Shown here piece after piece: positions 45,337-55,132 of a stretch of DNA of 56,076 nt. How positions within the stretch are numbered: the stretch's first letter is position 1; each line of letters opens with the position of its first letter. The notes beneath the pieces are model-generated. The model had not been told where the DNA came from. It ran no database searches and saw only the letters and a program-made list of their open reading frames with translations. This DNA comes from a virus (Duplodnaviria > Caudoviricetes): IMG/VR virus record IMGVR_UViG_3300012953_000039, positions 1-56,076 of that record. One strand, given 5' to 3'. A program made the translations under genes and the position numbers.

Positions 45337-47706
45337 ATGGGCGAAAACGGTGTAAGCGAAATTTATGTAATTAAGAGAAACGGCAGAGGACGAGAACAAC
45401 TTAATATTGACAAAATACACGATATGGTAGAATACGCCTGTGAAGATATAAAAAGTGTATCTGCCTCCCAAGTTGAAATGAATAGTGGACTTCAATTTTA
45501 TGATAACATTCCTACCGACCAAATTCAACAAATATTAATAAAATCTGCTTCAGATTTAATCTCACTAGAAACACCAAACTATCAATATGTTGCCGCTAGA
45601 CTATTACTTTATAGTTTGAGAAAATCTATTAACAGAAGATTGTGGGACCACCCTAGTTTAAAAACACATATTAAGAAATGTGTAAAACTTGGTGTCTATG
45701 ATAAGAACATTTTAGATTGGTATTCAGAGGCAGACTTTGACCGTATGCAAACTATGATAGACCACGATAGAGATTATAATTTTACATATGCAGGTTTAAG
45801 ACAAGTTATGGATAAGTATCTTGTTCAAGATAGAAGTACAGGTGACATTTACGAGACACCTCAATTTATGTATATTATGATTGCGGCTACTATATTTGCA
45901 CAATATCCTAAAAATAAAAGATTAACATATGTAAGAAAGTATTATGAAGCGATTAGTAAATTTAAAATTAACATTCCAACTCCTGTTATGGCAGGTGTTA
46001 GAACGCCTATTAGACAATATGCAAGTTGTGTCCTTGTTGATGTGGCCGATAGTCTTCCTAGTATATTTTCTTCTGATACTGCTATAGGTTATTATACTGC
46101 TCAAAGGGCAGGTATTGGTATCAACGCAGGAAGAATTAGAGGTATCAACTCAAAGATTAGAGGTGGTGAAGTTGCACATACTGGTGTAATACCTTTTCTA
46201 AAAAAGTTTGAGGCAACCGTAAAATCTTGTACACAAAATGGTGTAAGAGGTGGTTGTGCTACGGTACACTTTCCTATCTGGCATAAAGAGATAGAAGATA
46301 TTATTGTATTGAAAAACAATAAAGGTAGTGAAGATAATAGAGTTAGAAAATTAGATTACTCTATTCAAATATCTAAACTATTCTATGAAAGATTTATTAA
46401 CAATGAAGATATAACTTTGTTTTCACCACACGAAGTAGATGGTTTATACGAAGCATTTGGTACAGATAAATTTGATGAACTATATTTAAGTTATGAAAAG
46501 AATACAAAAATTTATAGAAAGAAAATATCTGCACAATCTTTATTCTTTGACTTACTAAAAGAAAGAGCAGAGACAGGTCGTATCTATATTATGAATATAG
46601 ACCACGCTAACTCACACTCTTCATTTAAAGACAAAGTTAATATGAGTAATTTATGTCAAGAGATTACATTACCTACAGACCCTATAGAACATATAGACGG
46701 AGAAGGTGAAATTGCATTATGTATTTTAAGTGCAATCAATGTAGGTCTTTTGAAAAATTTAGACGAATTAGAAAGTCTATGTGATTTATCAGTAAGAGCA
46801 TTAGAAGAAGTAATAGACCATCAGAAGTATCCTGTAAAGGCCGCTGAAGTATCTACAAAGGCGAGAAGAAGTCTTGGTATAGGTTATATTGGTCTTGCTC
46901 ATTACCTTGCGAAAAAAGGTTATACATACGACCAGAAGATGGCGTGGAAAGAAGTTGATAAATTAACAGAGGCATTTCAGTATTATCTATTGAGGGCGAG
47001 TAATGAAATCGCAAAAGAAAAAACTAAATGTGATTACTTTGATAGAACAAAATATTCCGATGGTATCTTACCTATTGATACTTACAAAAAAGAAGTTGAT
47101 GAGATTGTAAATCGTAAACTCAGCTTTGATTGGGAGACATTAAGAAAAGATATAATGCAGTATGGGCTACGACACAGCACTCTCTCTGCCCAAATGCCTT
47201 CGGAATCCTCTAGTGTGGTATCAAATGCTACAAACGGCATTGAGCCACCTAGAGACTTTTTAAGTGTTAAGAAGTCAAAGAAAGGTACATTGAAACAAGT
47301 TGTACCTGACTATGCTAGATTGAAAAACAATTATACTTTGTTATGGGATATGAAAGACAATACTGGATATATAAATGTTGTATCAGTAATGCAGAAATAT
47401 TTTGACCAAGGTATATCAGGCAACTGGTCTTATAATCCTGAACTATTTTCAGAGAACCAAGTACCTATTTCTACAATGGCAAATGACTTATTAACAACTT
47501 ATAAATATGGGTGGAAGACTTCTTACTATCAGAATACATATGACGGTAAGAAAGAAGAAGTTGAACCTTTACACCCTATGACTTACGATGAGCAGGCAGT
47601 AGGTTCAGTAAACTTACAGCCAGAACAAGAAAAGAATGTGTTACAAGATATCACTATTCCTACAACACCAGAAGGTGAAGAGGAATGTGAGGCGTGTAAT
47701 ATTTAA
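45337..47706 (+). CDS. nrdA: ribonucleotide reductase class Ia alpha subunit
   Basis: ATP cone VIKRNG, PTPVMAG, SCVL, SNLCQEI, MPSESSS, C-terminal CEAC. Confidence 0.97.
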   Translation: MGENGVSEIYVIKRNGRGREQLNIDKIHDMVEYACEDIKSVSASQVEMNSGLQFYDNIPTDQIQQILIKSASDLISLETPNYQYVAARLLLYSLRKSINRRLWDHPSLKTHIKKCVKLGVYDKNILDWYSEADFDRMQTMIDHDRDYNFTYAGLRQVMDKYLVQDRSTGDIYETPQFMYIMIAATIFAQYPKNKRLTYVRKYYEAISKFKINIPTPVMAGVRTPIRQYASCVLVDVADSLPSIFSSDTAIGYYTAQRAGIGINAGRIRGINSKIRGGEVAHTGVIPFLKKFEATVKSCTQNGVRGGCATVHFPIWHKEIEDIIVLKNNKGSEDNRVRKLDYSIQISKLFYERFINNEDITLFSPHEVDGLYEAFGTDKFDELYLSYEKNTKIYRKKISAQSLFFDLLKERAETGRIYIMNIDHANSHSSFKDKVNMSNLCQEITLPTDPIEHIDGEGEIALCILSAINVGLLKNLDELESLCDLSVRALEEVIDHQKYPVKAAEVSTKARRSLGIGYIGLAHYLAKKGYTYDQKMAWKEVDKLTEAFQYYLLRASNEIAKEKTKCDYFDRTKYSDGILPIDTYKKEVDEIVNRKLSFDWETLRKDIMQYGLRHSTLSAQMPSESSSVVSNATNGIEPPRDFLSVKKSKKGTLKQVVPDYARLKNNYTLLWDMKDNTGYINVVSVMQKYFDQGISGNWSYNPELFSENQVPISTMANDLLTTYKYGWKTSYYQNTYDGKKEEVEPLHPMTYDEQAVGSVNLQPEQEKNVLQDITIPTTPEGEEECEACNI

Positions 47707-47729
47707 TAAAGAGAAAGATAAAAAAATAA

Positions 47730-48833
47730 ATGGCAACTAGTGTGTTTAATAAAGAAAAAGGTTTAGACTTTACAAAGCAACCGATGTTTTTCGGTGAAGA
47801 TTTGCAGGTACAAAGATATGATAGTATGAAATATCCTATCTTTGATAAGTTGACACAACAACAATTAGGTTTCTTCTGGCGACCAGAAGAAGTTTCATTA
47901 CAAAAAGATAGGTCAGATTGGTCACTATTAAGACCAGAACAAAAGTTTATATTTACTTCTAATTTGAAATACCAAACAATGTTAGATAGTGTACAAGGCA
48001 GAGGACCTTGTTTGGCATTTTTACCTTTTGTATCATTACCAGAATTAGAAGGTTGTATTGTAACTTGGGACTTCATAGAGACTATTCATAGTAGAAGTTA
48101 TACATACATCATTAAAAACTTATATTCTAATCCAGGCGAAGTATTTGATACTATCATAGACGATAAGAATATAGAAGTTAGAAGTGAAAGTATTACTAAA
48201 CATTACGATGAACTAATACAATTAGGTAATAAGAAATCTATTGGTATGAAAGTAGATGAGTATGAACTAAAAGAGAAGTTATGGCGTACACTATGTACGG
48301 TAAACATACTAGAAGGTTTAAGATTTTATGTATCGTTTGCTTGTAGTTTCGCTTTTGGTGAACTTAAATTAATGGAAGGTAGTGCAAAGATTATATCATT
48401 TATTGCAAGAGACGAAAGTCAACATCTTGCTGTATCACAAAGAATTATTAATAACTACAGAGGACCAGAGAATGATAAAGTTATGAATAAGGTTATTAAA
48501 AACAATGAAAAGTATGTAGAGAAGTTATACGATGACGCTGTATTAGAAGAGAAAAGGTGGGCAACACATTTATTTTCTAAAGGTTCTATGGTAGGTCTAT
48601 CAGAAAAACTACTACATAACTATGTTGAGTGGACTGCTAACAAGAGAATGAAGGCAATAGGTTTAAAAGCAAAGTATGATGTTGGAAGTGCAAACCCATT
48701 ACCTTGGACCGAACATTGGTTCAATTCAAGAAGTCTACAAAATGCACCACAGGAAACAGAGATTGAAAGTTATGTTATCGGTGGCATTAAACAAGATGTA
48801 GAGAAAGACCAGTTTAAGAAATTTAAATTATAA
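47730..48833 (+). CDS. nrdB: ribonucleotide reductase class Ia beta subunit
   Basis: FFWRPEEV, ETIHSRSY, LEGLRFYVSF, RDESQH, APQETE. Confidence 0.97.
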   Translation: MATSVFNKEKGLDFTKQPMFFGEDLQVQRYDSMKYPIFDKLTQQQLGFFWRPEEVSLQKDRSDWSLLRPEQKFIFTSNLKYQTMLDSVQGRGPCLAFLPFVSLPELEGCIVTWDFIETIHSRSYTYIIKNLYSNPGEVFDTIIDDKNIEVRSESITKHYDELIQLGNKKSIGMKVDEYELKEKLWRTLCTVNILEGLRFYVSFACSFAFGELKLMEGSAKIISFIARDESQHLAVSQRIINNYRGPENDKVMNKVIKNNEKYVEKLYDDAVLEEKRWATHLFSKGSMVGLSEKLLHNYVEWTANKRMKAIGLKAKYDVGSANPLPWTEHWFNSRSLQNAPQETEIESYVIGGIKQDVEKDQFKKFKL

Positions 48834-48834
48834 T

Positions 48835-49005
48835 ATGAACAAGAGAAAGTATCATTGTCCTCATTGTGAGGAGGAGTTTACATTAGTATGGGAGCAAGAA
48901 GATTTAGAACCAATCTCTTGCGTCTTTTGTGGTGCGGCTCTTGACAACGCAGATGAAGAAGAACTTATTGAGGAGCAGGAGGATGACGAAGATAATTGGA
49001 ATTGA
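48835..49005 (+). CDS. small zinc-ribbon protein with acidic tail (56 aa)
   Basis: Read manually: YHCPHCEEEF...SCVFCGA...EEEDDED-like tail. Confidence 0.6.
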   Translation: MNKRKYHCPHCEEEFTLVWEQEDLEPISCVFCGAALDNADEEELIEEQEDDEDNWN

Positions 49006-49552
49006 TTATTCTTTGACTTGTCCTTGTTGTTGTATATTTGAAAGTGAAGATTTAAGTTATGAAAATGCAAAGTTTTATTATCTTACAAGTACTAAAAAAT
49101 ACGAAGGTGTATTTTTAGATGGTAAAGTTATTGGTGACAGAATAGAAGACTACACCAATCAACAAGAACGACACGATAATATATCTAATTGGGTATTCAA
49201 AAGAGCAGTAGGAAATAGTATTAATCCTACGGTATTCATAGAAGACTATTCTTTTGGTAGTAAAGGTAGGGTGTTCAACCTTGCCGAGAACACAGGTTTA
49301 CTTAAACATAAACTTTACAAAAAGAATATGAAATTTGTAACACTAGTACCATCAGTTATTAAGAAGATGGCAACTGGTAAAGGTAACGCAGACAAAACAA
49401 GAATGTATGATAAGTGGTATGAAGAAACAGGTATAAATCTGATGGAAGCACTAGACCAACAAACTCTATCAAATCCTGTTACTGATATAGTAGACGCTTT
49501 CTACATTGCAAGGTGTGGCTATGACCAAACTATGGACAAAGATAAAGAATAA
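48983..49552 (+). CDS. RuvC-like Holliday junction resolvase
   Basis: IIGIDYSLT, FIEDYSF, KKMATGKGNADK, DIVDAFYIA acidic catalytic residues. Confidence 0.8.
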   Translation: MTKIIGIDYSLTCPCCCIFESEDLSYENAKFYYLTSTKKYEGVFLDGKVIGDRIEDYTNQQERHDNISNWVFKRAVGNSINPTVFIEDYSFGSKGRVFNLAENTGLLKHKLYKKNMKFVTLVPSVIKKMATGKGNADKTRMYDKWYEETGINLMEALDQQTLSNPVTDIVDAFYIARCGYDQTMDKDKE

Positions 49553-49766
49553 GGATAGATGGTTAGGACTTGCAATCGCAATTTCTTCAGTTTACATACT
49601 ATCAGAAGCAAATGTAAATACTCAATGGATAGGTTGGTTCCTTTCAATTATAGCGTGTATAATGTGGGTCTGGTTCGGGTACAGAGATAAAGATTATCCG
49701 AGAGCATTGATGGAATTGATGTATTTACTACTATCTATGCGAGCAATGTTCAATTGGCTCGCCTAA
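49521..49766 (+). CDS. small membrane protein
   Basis: Three hydrophobic segments. Confidence 0.55.
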   Translation: MTKLWTKIKNKDRWLGLAIAISSVYILSEANVNTQWIGWFLSIIACIMWVWFGYRDKDYPRALMELMYLLLSMRAMFNWLA

Positions 49767-49844
49767 AAACCCTTTAAAATCAACAAAAAAACTTCAAAAA
49801 TAGTGAAAAAAGTGCTTGACAACGCTTTTTACCTATGGTATTAT
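49766..49844 (+). promoter_or_regulatory. early sigma70-type promoter with A-tract UP element
   Basis: TTGACA 49816-21, 17 nt, TGgTATTAT; near-identical to 7201-7247. Confidence 0.8.
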
Positions 49845-49850
49845 GTATAT

Positions 49851-50093
49851 ATGATGAAAAATAACAATATATCTAATATTCTTAAATGGCTCGGAACAGG
49901 TGTTTTGATACTTGGAGTAGGGCTAAACTCTATCAATATATACCCTTTAGGACCTATTATAACGGTTTTAGGAGGGTTCCTATGGGTATTCGTAGGTATC
50001 ATATGGAAAGAGTATTCTATCATCACAACTAACCTAGTATTATCAGTCGTATCAATCGTTGGATTGATGTGGAATATGGGGTATTTCTCTTGA
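49851..50093 (+). CDS. small membrane protein
   Basis: LKWLGT...NIYPLG...GIIWKE three-TM pattern; likely leaderless after the promoter. Confidence 0.55.
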   Translation: MMKNNNISNILKWLGTGVLILGVGLNSINIYPLGPIITVLGGFLWVFVGIIWKEYSIITTNLVLSVVSIVGLMWNMGYFS

Positions 50094-50143
50094 TTTTAGA
50101 ACAAAATAAGAACAAAAAAAGTGATATTTTATGTGGATTTTGC

Positions 50144-50171
50144 TTGACATTATATACAGATATGTTATTAT
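50144..50171 (+). promoter_or_regulatory. early sigma70-type promoter
   Basis: GCTTGACA-N16-TATTAT with extended TG; AGAACAAAA direct repeat upstream. Confidence 0.6.
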
Positions 50172-50216
50172 ATAGTATGAATTTAATTAACAACACTAAC
50201 AAAGGAGACAAACACT

Positions 50217-50462
50217 ATGTCTAAAACTATGCAATGGGCTTGGGATACAGCCGAAGAACAAGTTGATAATCTAATATCTAAAATGATTGATGGTCAATTT
50301 GATTGGGATACTTGTAAGAGTAAAATCTTATCAGTACAAAATGTTGAATTAACTGGAATTGACGAAAACAATGTTGATGAAGTTATGGACGAACAATCTA
50401 AAAACGATAGTGATGTAGATATCGCTATCAATTTAGAAAACGATAGTAAATTAGGTAAATAA
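50217..50462 (+). CDS. early acidic hypothetical protein
   Basis: AAAGGAG SD; D/E-rich 81 aa. Confidence 0.65.
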   Translation: MSKTMQWAWDTAEEQVDNLISKMIDGQFDWDTCKSKILSVQNVELTGIDENNVDEVMDEQSKNDSDVDIAINLENDSKLGK

Positions 50463-50535
50463 TGATATTATCGTTTTTCCTACTTATGGGATTTATGTTA
50501 ACAACAATTATAATATTGAGAAAGGTATTATCATA

Positions 50536-51033
50536 ATGACACTACTAGAACATCTTAAAAATATCAATGCGAAATCTAAAGAGAAGATGGATAAAGAACC
50601 AGGTCTTTGGATTGGTATGATTACAGAAGATTTAGAACATTGGAAGAATTATGGTATTACAACTCCTGCTCAACTAGACAGGTATTTCCTAGAAACAGAT
50701 GTTTACGAAATGCACAAAAGTGCCTATGGCGTAAAAGGTAGACATTACGAATTTTCTAAAATGTCAGACGATGACCTTAAAAAAGAATTTGAACATTTAT
50801 GTAAAGTGGCGCAGTACGAAATGGAACAAGAAGAGAAGGCAGAGAAAGAGGCCTATAACAACTTTGAAAAACAGATTAAGAAAAATCTTGAACTTGGCGC
50901 AAGTGATAGAGAGAATGCTATTCAATGGGTATTAGACGCCGAAGGTCTAACAGAAGAGAAAGATACAGGTTATATTTGTTATACTCTAGGTCTTTCATAT
51001 GATAAAGAATATATTTTTAAAACAAAACACTAA
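50536..51033 (+). CDS. hypothetical protein
   Basis: 165-aa ORF; HKSAYGVKGR...GASDRENAIQW. Confidence 0.65.
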   Translation: MTLLEHLKNINAKSKEKMDKEPGLWIGMITEDLEHWKNYGITTPAQLDRYFLETDVYEMHKSAYGVKGRHYEFSKMSDDDLKKEFEHLCKVAQYEMEQEEKAEKEAYNNFEKQIKKNLELGASDRENAIQWVLDAEGLTEEKDTGYICYTLGLSYDKEYIFKTKH

Positions 51034-51047
51034 CGAGAGGATACATT

Positions 51048-51299
51048 ATGATAATTAATATTGGTGATACAATCAGAGACGAAAAAGGTAGAGAAGGTGT
51101 TATAACTAACATCGGTATTGCTACTGAAAAGACAGACATCGCTGCCGAGTTAGATACGGCCGCTTCTGTAAAAACATATGATACTGAATTAGATTACACA
51201 GGTGCAATTACCTTTGGAAGTAATTGGTGTTATTTTATGCAGATAAAAGATGTAGTTAAGAAAAACGAATATATAGAAGATAAGAGTTGGATGGAGTAA
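51048..51299 (+). CDS. hypothetical protein
   Basis: GAGGA SD; track ORF. Confidence 0.6.
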   Translation: MIINIGDTIRDEKGREGVITNIGIATEKTDIAAELDTAASVKTYDTELDYTGAITFGSNWCYFMQIKDVVKKNEYIEDKSWME

Positions 51300-51302
51300 G
51301 AA

Positions 51303-51503
51303 ATGATTGATGTAATAATCGTAATAGACGAACTCAAAAAAATCAAACAAGAATTGACACTTGGCAATCAGGCAATGGCGATTAAACTCATTGACGAAGG
51401 TATTGCTTATCGTGAAAAAGAAATCAAAGAATTTGAAGAACAAGAGGCACCTAAAATGCCAATGGGTGACCTTGCAAACGACCCTATAAAAACATTTAAT
51501 TAA
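51303..51503 (+). CDS. hypothetical protein
   Basis: Track ORF, GGAG SD. Confidence 0.55.
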   Translation: MIDVIIVIDELKKIKQELTLGNQAMAIKLIDEGIAYREKEIKEFEEQEAPKMPMGDLANDPIKTFN

Positions 51504-51514
51504 AAGGAGTTTAT

Positions 51515-51760
51515 ATGTTTACTGAAACAATATTAGGTCTATTTGTACTATCTGTATTAGGTGGTGCTTTTGTTTATTTTCTAATTGAATACAATGATAA
51601 GATAAAGAAGAAATTGAAATTAAGTGAAACAAGATTTTGGAAAAAGAATGCTCAGATGGAATTACCATTTGGCAAAAGAAAAAGAAACCAGATGATTAAT
51701 GAAGGTATTGCCAACAGAGTGAAAAAGGCAAGAAACAAGAAACCAAGGAAAACCAAGTAA
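51515..51760 (+). CDS. hypothetical membrane protein
   Basis: AAGGAG SD; N-terminal TM, basic tail. Confidence 0.55.
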   Translation: MFTETILGLFVLSVLGGAFVYFLIEYNDKIKKKLKLSETRFWKKNAQMELPFGKRKRNQMINEGIANRVKKARNKKPRKTK

Positions 51761-51764
51761 TTTA

Positions 51765-51832
51765 TGGTATACAAACATACACAGGTATGCCCTAATGCCG
51801 CCCCAGCGCCGTCCTACGGCGCCGTTTTTGGG
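51765..51832 (+). repeat. GC-rich hairpin repeat, copy B (possible terminator)
   Basis: GCGCCGT-CCT-ACGGCGC hairpin then CGTTTTT; homologous to 4572-4640. Confidence 0.75.
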
Positions 51833-51834
51833 CG

Positions 51835-51894
51835 AAAACCCTATAAATCAACGATTATCCAATGCTTGACAGGTAATCAGATTTATGTTACTAT
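51835..51894 (+). promoter_or_regulatory. early sigma70-type promoter
   Basis: AAAACCCTATAAATCAAC box, TTGACA 51866-71, 17 nt, TGtTACTAT. Confidence 0.7.
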
Positions 51895-51923
51895 AACACT
51901 AACAATTGAGAGAGGTCTAAAAT

Positions 51924-52241
51924 ATGTCGTTTAGTTACACGAAAGAAATGGTACACGATGAATTCAAAATCGCTGCCGCCAAAGATAAAAAAGGCAAAAA
52001 AGAGAAATACGATAACCGTATTCAATTTCTAAAAGAAATGAAACAACTCAAAAAAGAAAATCCAAGTGCGATGAGGGATGTTCATATTACTCAAAAACAA
52101 TTTGATAATTTGATATTCGCCTGGTCGGCACCTAATCCAAGAGACCACTTCTATATGAAAGTCTTTGGTAGAACTTACTTGGACCAGAAACAATTTGAGG
52201 CAAAGAAGTATGGCAAAGACAAAGAAGAACTACTTAACTAG
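51924..52241 (+). CDS. hypothetical protein
   Basis: GAGG SD; track ORF. Confidence 0.6.
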   Translation: MSFSYTKEMVHDEFKIAAAKDKKGKKEKYDNRIQFLKEMKQLKKENPSAMRDVHITQKQFDNLIFAWSAPNPRDHFYMKVFGRTYLDQKQFEAKKYGKDKEELLN

Positions 52242-52536
52242 AGAAATGCGATTAGAGATAGTAAGAAAAAATCACAACAAGTGGTTGAAGTCTATCGGCG
52301 TGAATTTAGATAGTAATGGTAAAGTGATTAATAACTTTCAAGGTTATCCTTTTCCAGATTACTCTTCTAATAGAAAATCACTACCTTGTTCAAACAGGAT
52401 AGTGTCAGGTGCAACGAAAAGAGAGGTTATTAAACCTAAACTACCTGAAGGTAAAACAATCAGTATTGCATACAACAAAGGTAATTATCAAGTTGTAGAC
52501 ATTGCTGATATTACAACAATGGGAAGGAAAGTATGA
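52210..52536 (+). CDS. hypothetical protein
   Basis: C-terminal ISIAYNKGNYQVV...MGRK; ATG 52210 is the likelier start. Confidence 0.55.
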   Translation: MAKTKKNYLTREMRLEIVRKNHNKWLKSIGVNLDSNGKVINNFQGYPFPDYSSNRKSLPCSNRIVSGATKREVIKPKLPEGKTISIAYNKGNYQVVDIADITTMGRKV

Positions 52537-52778
52537 ACAAAATACTTTTAGTATGTGCGATGGTGTTGTTTGCAACAACAACTATTGCAGAAGAAAACAA
52601 AACAATTACACCGCAAGAGTTTGCTAACACTATTATACAGACACCAGGCAAACTTGTAAATTTTATACAAGGTGAAGTTGAGAAATCTAAAGACTACCAG
52701 GCAAAATCTTGGGCGTCTGCAAAAGAACAAACAACTAATAATTGGAATACGATTAAGGGTTGGTTCGGGAGTAAATAA
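52533..52778 (+). CDS. secreted hypothetical protein
   Basis: Signal peptide MNKILLVCAMVLFATTTIA/E. Confidence 0.55.
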   Translation: MNKILLVCAMVLFATTTIAEENKTITPQEFANTIIQTPGKLVNFIQGEVEKSKDYQAKSWASAKEQTTNNWNTIKGWFGSK

Positions 52779-52984
52779 TGGACTTTCAATTAACGAGTAA
52801 TAATGATGGTACATTTCTTATTAGGCCTGTGTCCGCAAGGGCAGAGGTCTGGTGGAAAGAAAACAATATGAATGAGAGATATGTTGTAGACAATACGGTC
52901 AATGACTTTAAAATAATATTAACAGAAAACAACAAAAAGGTATGCGATGAGATTAGACAAAATAATTTTGATTTTACTAATTAG
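52778..52984 (+). CDS. hypothetical protein
   Basis: TAATG coupling; track ORF. Confidence 0.5.
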   Translation: MDFQLTSNNDGTFLIRPVSARAEVWWKENNMNERYVVDNTVNDFKIILTENNKKVCDEIRQNNFDFTN

Positions 52985-53504
52985 TATTTCACTAGGTGCT
53001 TGTAGTACGGCACATAAGTTTCCAGACGCTTCTGGTGGTGAACGAGTAGATGTTAATAATACTAAAGGGTTTAAATTTAACAGAAGTCATTTAGGTGCAA
53101 CACTAGGTGGTGCCACAGGTGCGATGACCTGTGTTGAATTGATTGGGACAGACCCATACATTGCCGCTGGTTGTGCCGTAGTTGGTGCTCTTGCAGGTGC
53201 AGAGTTATTATATGCAAGTGATTATGATTTACACCAGGCAGTATTTGTAGACCACTTGAACAATGGTCCAGGTAATGCAAGTTATACGAACTGGTTGAAT
53301 AGCAAAACAGGTTCAAATGGAACGATTAAGATTAATAGAAGTTATGCTCAAGGTCCACTTATGTGTAAAGAATATGAAAGTGCATTTAATATAAAATCAT
53401 CTTGGCCTGTGATAGGTATTTCAGATACAGATGTAGACACTAGATTTGGTGTTGTATGTCAAATGCCTGATGGCAGATGGATTGAGAAAGGTCTAATTAG
53501 ATAA
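52947..53504 (+). CDS. glycine-zipper lipoprotein (17-kDa surface antigen-like)
   Basis: Lipobox LGAC, GATLGGATG...VGALAG zipper, W.N..TG..G, CKEY...CQMPDGRW. Confidence 0.7.
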   Translation: MRLDKIILILLISISLGACSTAHKFPDASGGERVDVNNTKGFKFNRSHLGATLGGATGAMTCVELIGTDPYIAAGCAVVGALAGAELLYASDYDLHQAVFVDHLNNGPGNASYTNWLNSKTGSNGTIKINRSYAQGPLMCKEYESAFNIKSSWPVIGISDTDVDTRFGVVCQMPDGRWIEKGLIR

Positions 53505-54076
53505 TGCGAACTCTAAAAGATTATGTATTGTTTATCTTATCACTATTAGTTGTGATTTGGATATCAATGAATTGGGCAAAGGCAGAAACTTTTACGATGA
53601 AGAAAGTAGAACCACTTGATGGCGAAGTAATGCAGATTAAATCGGCACCTGTGGATAATGTATATATAAATGATATACACGAAAAAGTCAATAAGAAACT
53701 TAAACTTATGGAAGAGAACGAAAAGAATAATGTTCTTCATACAAAAGTTTTAGATAGATTTGAGAGAGACGGACAATGGTGTTTTATCAAGATTGTGATT
53801 AAAGAACTAGATGATAATACTATTGTTAAAGAAGAAATTATGGAATGTGCAGATACCGAACACGGTAGAACTGATAAAGAAAAGATAAAAGAATTGGAGA
53901 AGCAAATTGAACTTGAAAAGGCAAAGAAACCTGGTTATTGGGAATTGTTTGCCGCTTTTTATTATAAAGATTTGAATGCTCCAGAATATTGTAGGTTGTA
54001 TTCTCAACCTTCACACGCCTTTAAATCCTTCGGAAGAGCGTGTTTAACAAATGAAGGACAATGGAAGAGAAGGTAA
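53504..54076 (+). CDS. secreted hypothetical protein
   Basis: Signal peptide (AKA/E), Cys pairs, C-terminal CR...GRACL...GQW resembling the upstream lipoprotein end. Confidence 0.55.
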   Translation: MRTLKDYVLFILSLLVVIWISMNWAKAETFTMKKVEPLDGEVMQIKSAPVDNVYINDIHEKVNKKLKLMEENEKNNVLHTKVLDRFERDGQWCFIKIVIKELDDNTIVKEEIMECADTEHGRTDKEKIKELEKQIELEKAKKPGYWELFAAFYYKDLNAPEYCRLYSQPSHAFKSFGRACLTNEGQWKRR

Positions 54077-54077
54077 A

Positions 54078-54233
54078 ATGATGAAAAATCTTATTATTCT
54101 TGGTCTTCTAATTATTATTATGACAGGTGCTACGGCCAGTGATGTGGTTGCCTATGTTGAAGAAAACCAGCTTATTGACAAGTTTAGCGAAATGTTGTAT
54201 AGTATAATTGGGAGTATAAAACAGAATGGTTAA
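54078..54233 (+). CDS. small membrane hypothetical protein
   Basis: MMKNLIILGLLIIIMTG. Confidence 0.45.
   Translation: MMKNLIILGLLIIIMTGATASDVVAYVEENQLIDKFSEMLYSIIGSIKQNG
54175..54203 (+). promoter_or_regulatory. sigma70-type promoter
   Basis: TTGACA-N17-TATAGT before the lipoprotein gene. Confidence 0.55.
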
Positions 54234-54870
54234 AAATATAATAAAAATAGGTGCGATTGCCGTATTGGCGATTACACTAAATGCTTGTTCCTCAAAGACT
54301 TACAAGATTAAGCAAGAGAGCGACAAGATAGTAAATGAAGTGCCTAAATGGTATATGGCAGACTTTGATAAAAAGAATGCTTGTGATATATCAATGTGGG
54401 CAGATAATGGCGTATGGAAGACAAAAGATGACGAGAAGACTTGTATCTTTGGAGTTGGTACTTCTGTATCTCCATCACTAGAACTTGCAATTGAAAAAGC
54501 AAAATTGATTGCCAAGGCAGAAATGGCAGATATTGTCGCTGGTGAAATGAATAAGAAAGCGAAAATCTTTGTAACAGAAGTAGGTAAGACAAATGTTAAG
54601 ACCGTTGTTACAGAGGTAGAAACTGCAATGGTTAACATCATCGCAAATACACCTGTAAGAGGGTATGAAATCTTTGCTCAAGAAGTAACTAGAACGAAAA
54701 AAGGTTACTATCGTGCTTGGATAGGTTTAAGATTACCTCTTGGTGAGTTTAACAAGATGTATGACTACACAATTGCAGAAGTTGTGGACGCCTACAAGTT
54801 GAAGTCCAAGGCCGCAGACGCTTTCAAAAGTGTTGAGGATACTGCAAATGGAAAAAAAGAAGAACAATAA
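54226..54870 (+). CDS. lipoprotein (LPP20-like)
   Basis: Lipobox LNAC, VPKWY, GVGTS...LAIEKAKLIAKAEMA. Confidence 0.6.
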   Translation: MVKNIIKIGAIAVLAITLNACSSKTYKIKQESDKIVNEVPKWYMADFDKKNACDISMWADNGVWKTKDDEKTCIFGVGTSVSPSLELAIEKAKLIAKAEMADIVAGEMNKKAKIFVTEVGKTNVKTVVTEVETAMVNIIANTPVRGYEIFAQEVTRTKKGYYRAWIGLRLPLGEFNKMYDYTIAEVVDAYKLKSKAADAFKSVEDTANGKKEEQ

Positions 54871-55132
54871 TATAATCGTATACTCCAAGAATAATTGTGG
54901 GTATTGCGATAAGGCAAAGGCCTTGTTAAAAGGCCTTGGTCTATCTTTTGAAGTAAAGAAGATGGAAGAATTTGAGAGTGTAGACGCTATGATAGAAGAC
55001 ATAGGTAAAAAAGTAAGGTCTATGCCTCAAATTAAAATAGATGGTGAACTTGTTGGTGGTTACAATCAATTAGTTGAATATTATAACAAACTTGGAAAAG
55101 TTGATTTCAAAGGTACTATAACAAATGAGTGA
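54848..55132 (+). CDS. glutaredoxin
   Basis: VYSKNNCGYCDKAK...SMPQI...VGGY. Confidence 0.88.
   Translation: MEKKKNNNIIVYSKNNCGYCDKAKALLKGLGLSFEVKKMEEFESVDAMIEDIGKKVRSMPQIKIDGELVGGYNQLVEYYNKLGKVDFKGTITNE

Noticed and set aside
45337-48833. Introns or inteins in nrdA/nrdB (also checked gp43 and uvsX)
   Set aside because: ORFs are continuous and of normal length with no intein terminal or LAGLIDADG-like motifs noticed.
3237-55002. Minus-strand and alternate-frame ORFs in the track (e.g. 42311..43039, 38152..38865, 36957..37520, 5432..5644)
   Set aside because: They lie over well-supported + strand genes, lack motifs, and have the Ser/Phe/Leu/Ile-rich composition of antisense shadows.
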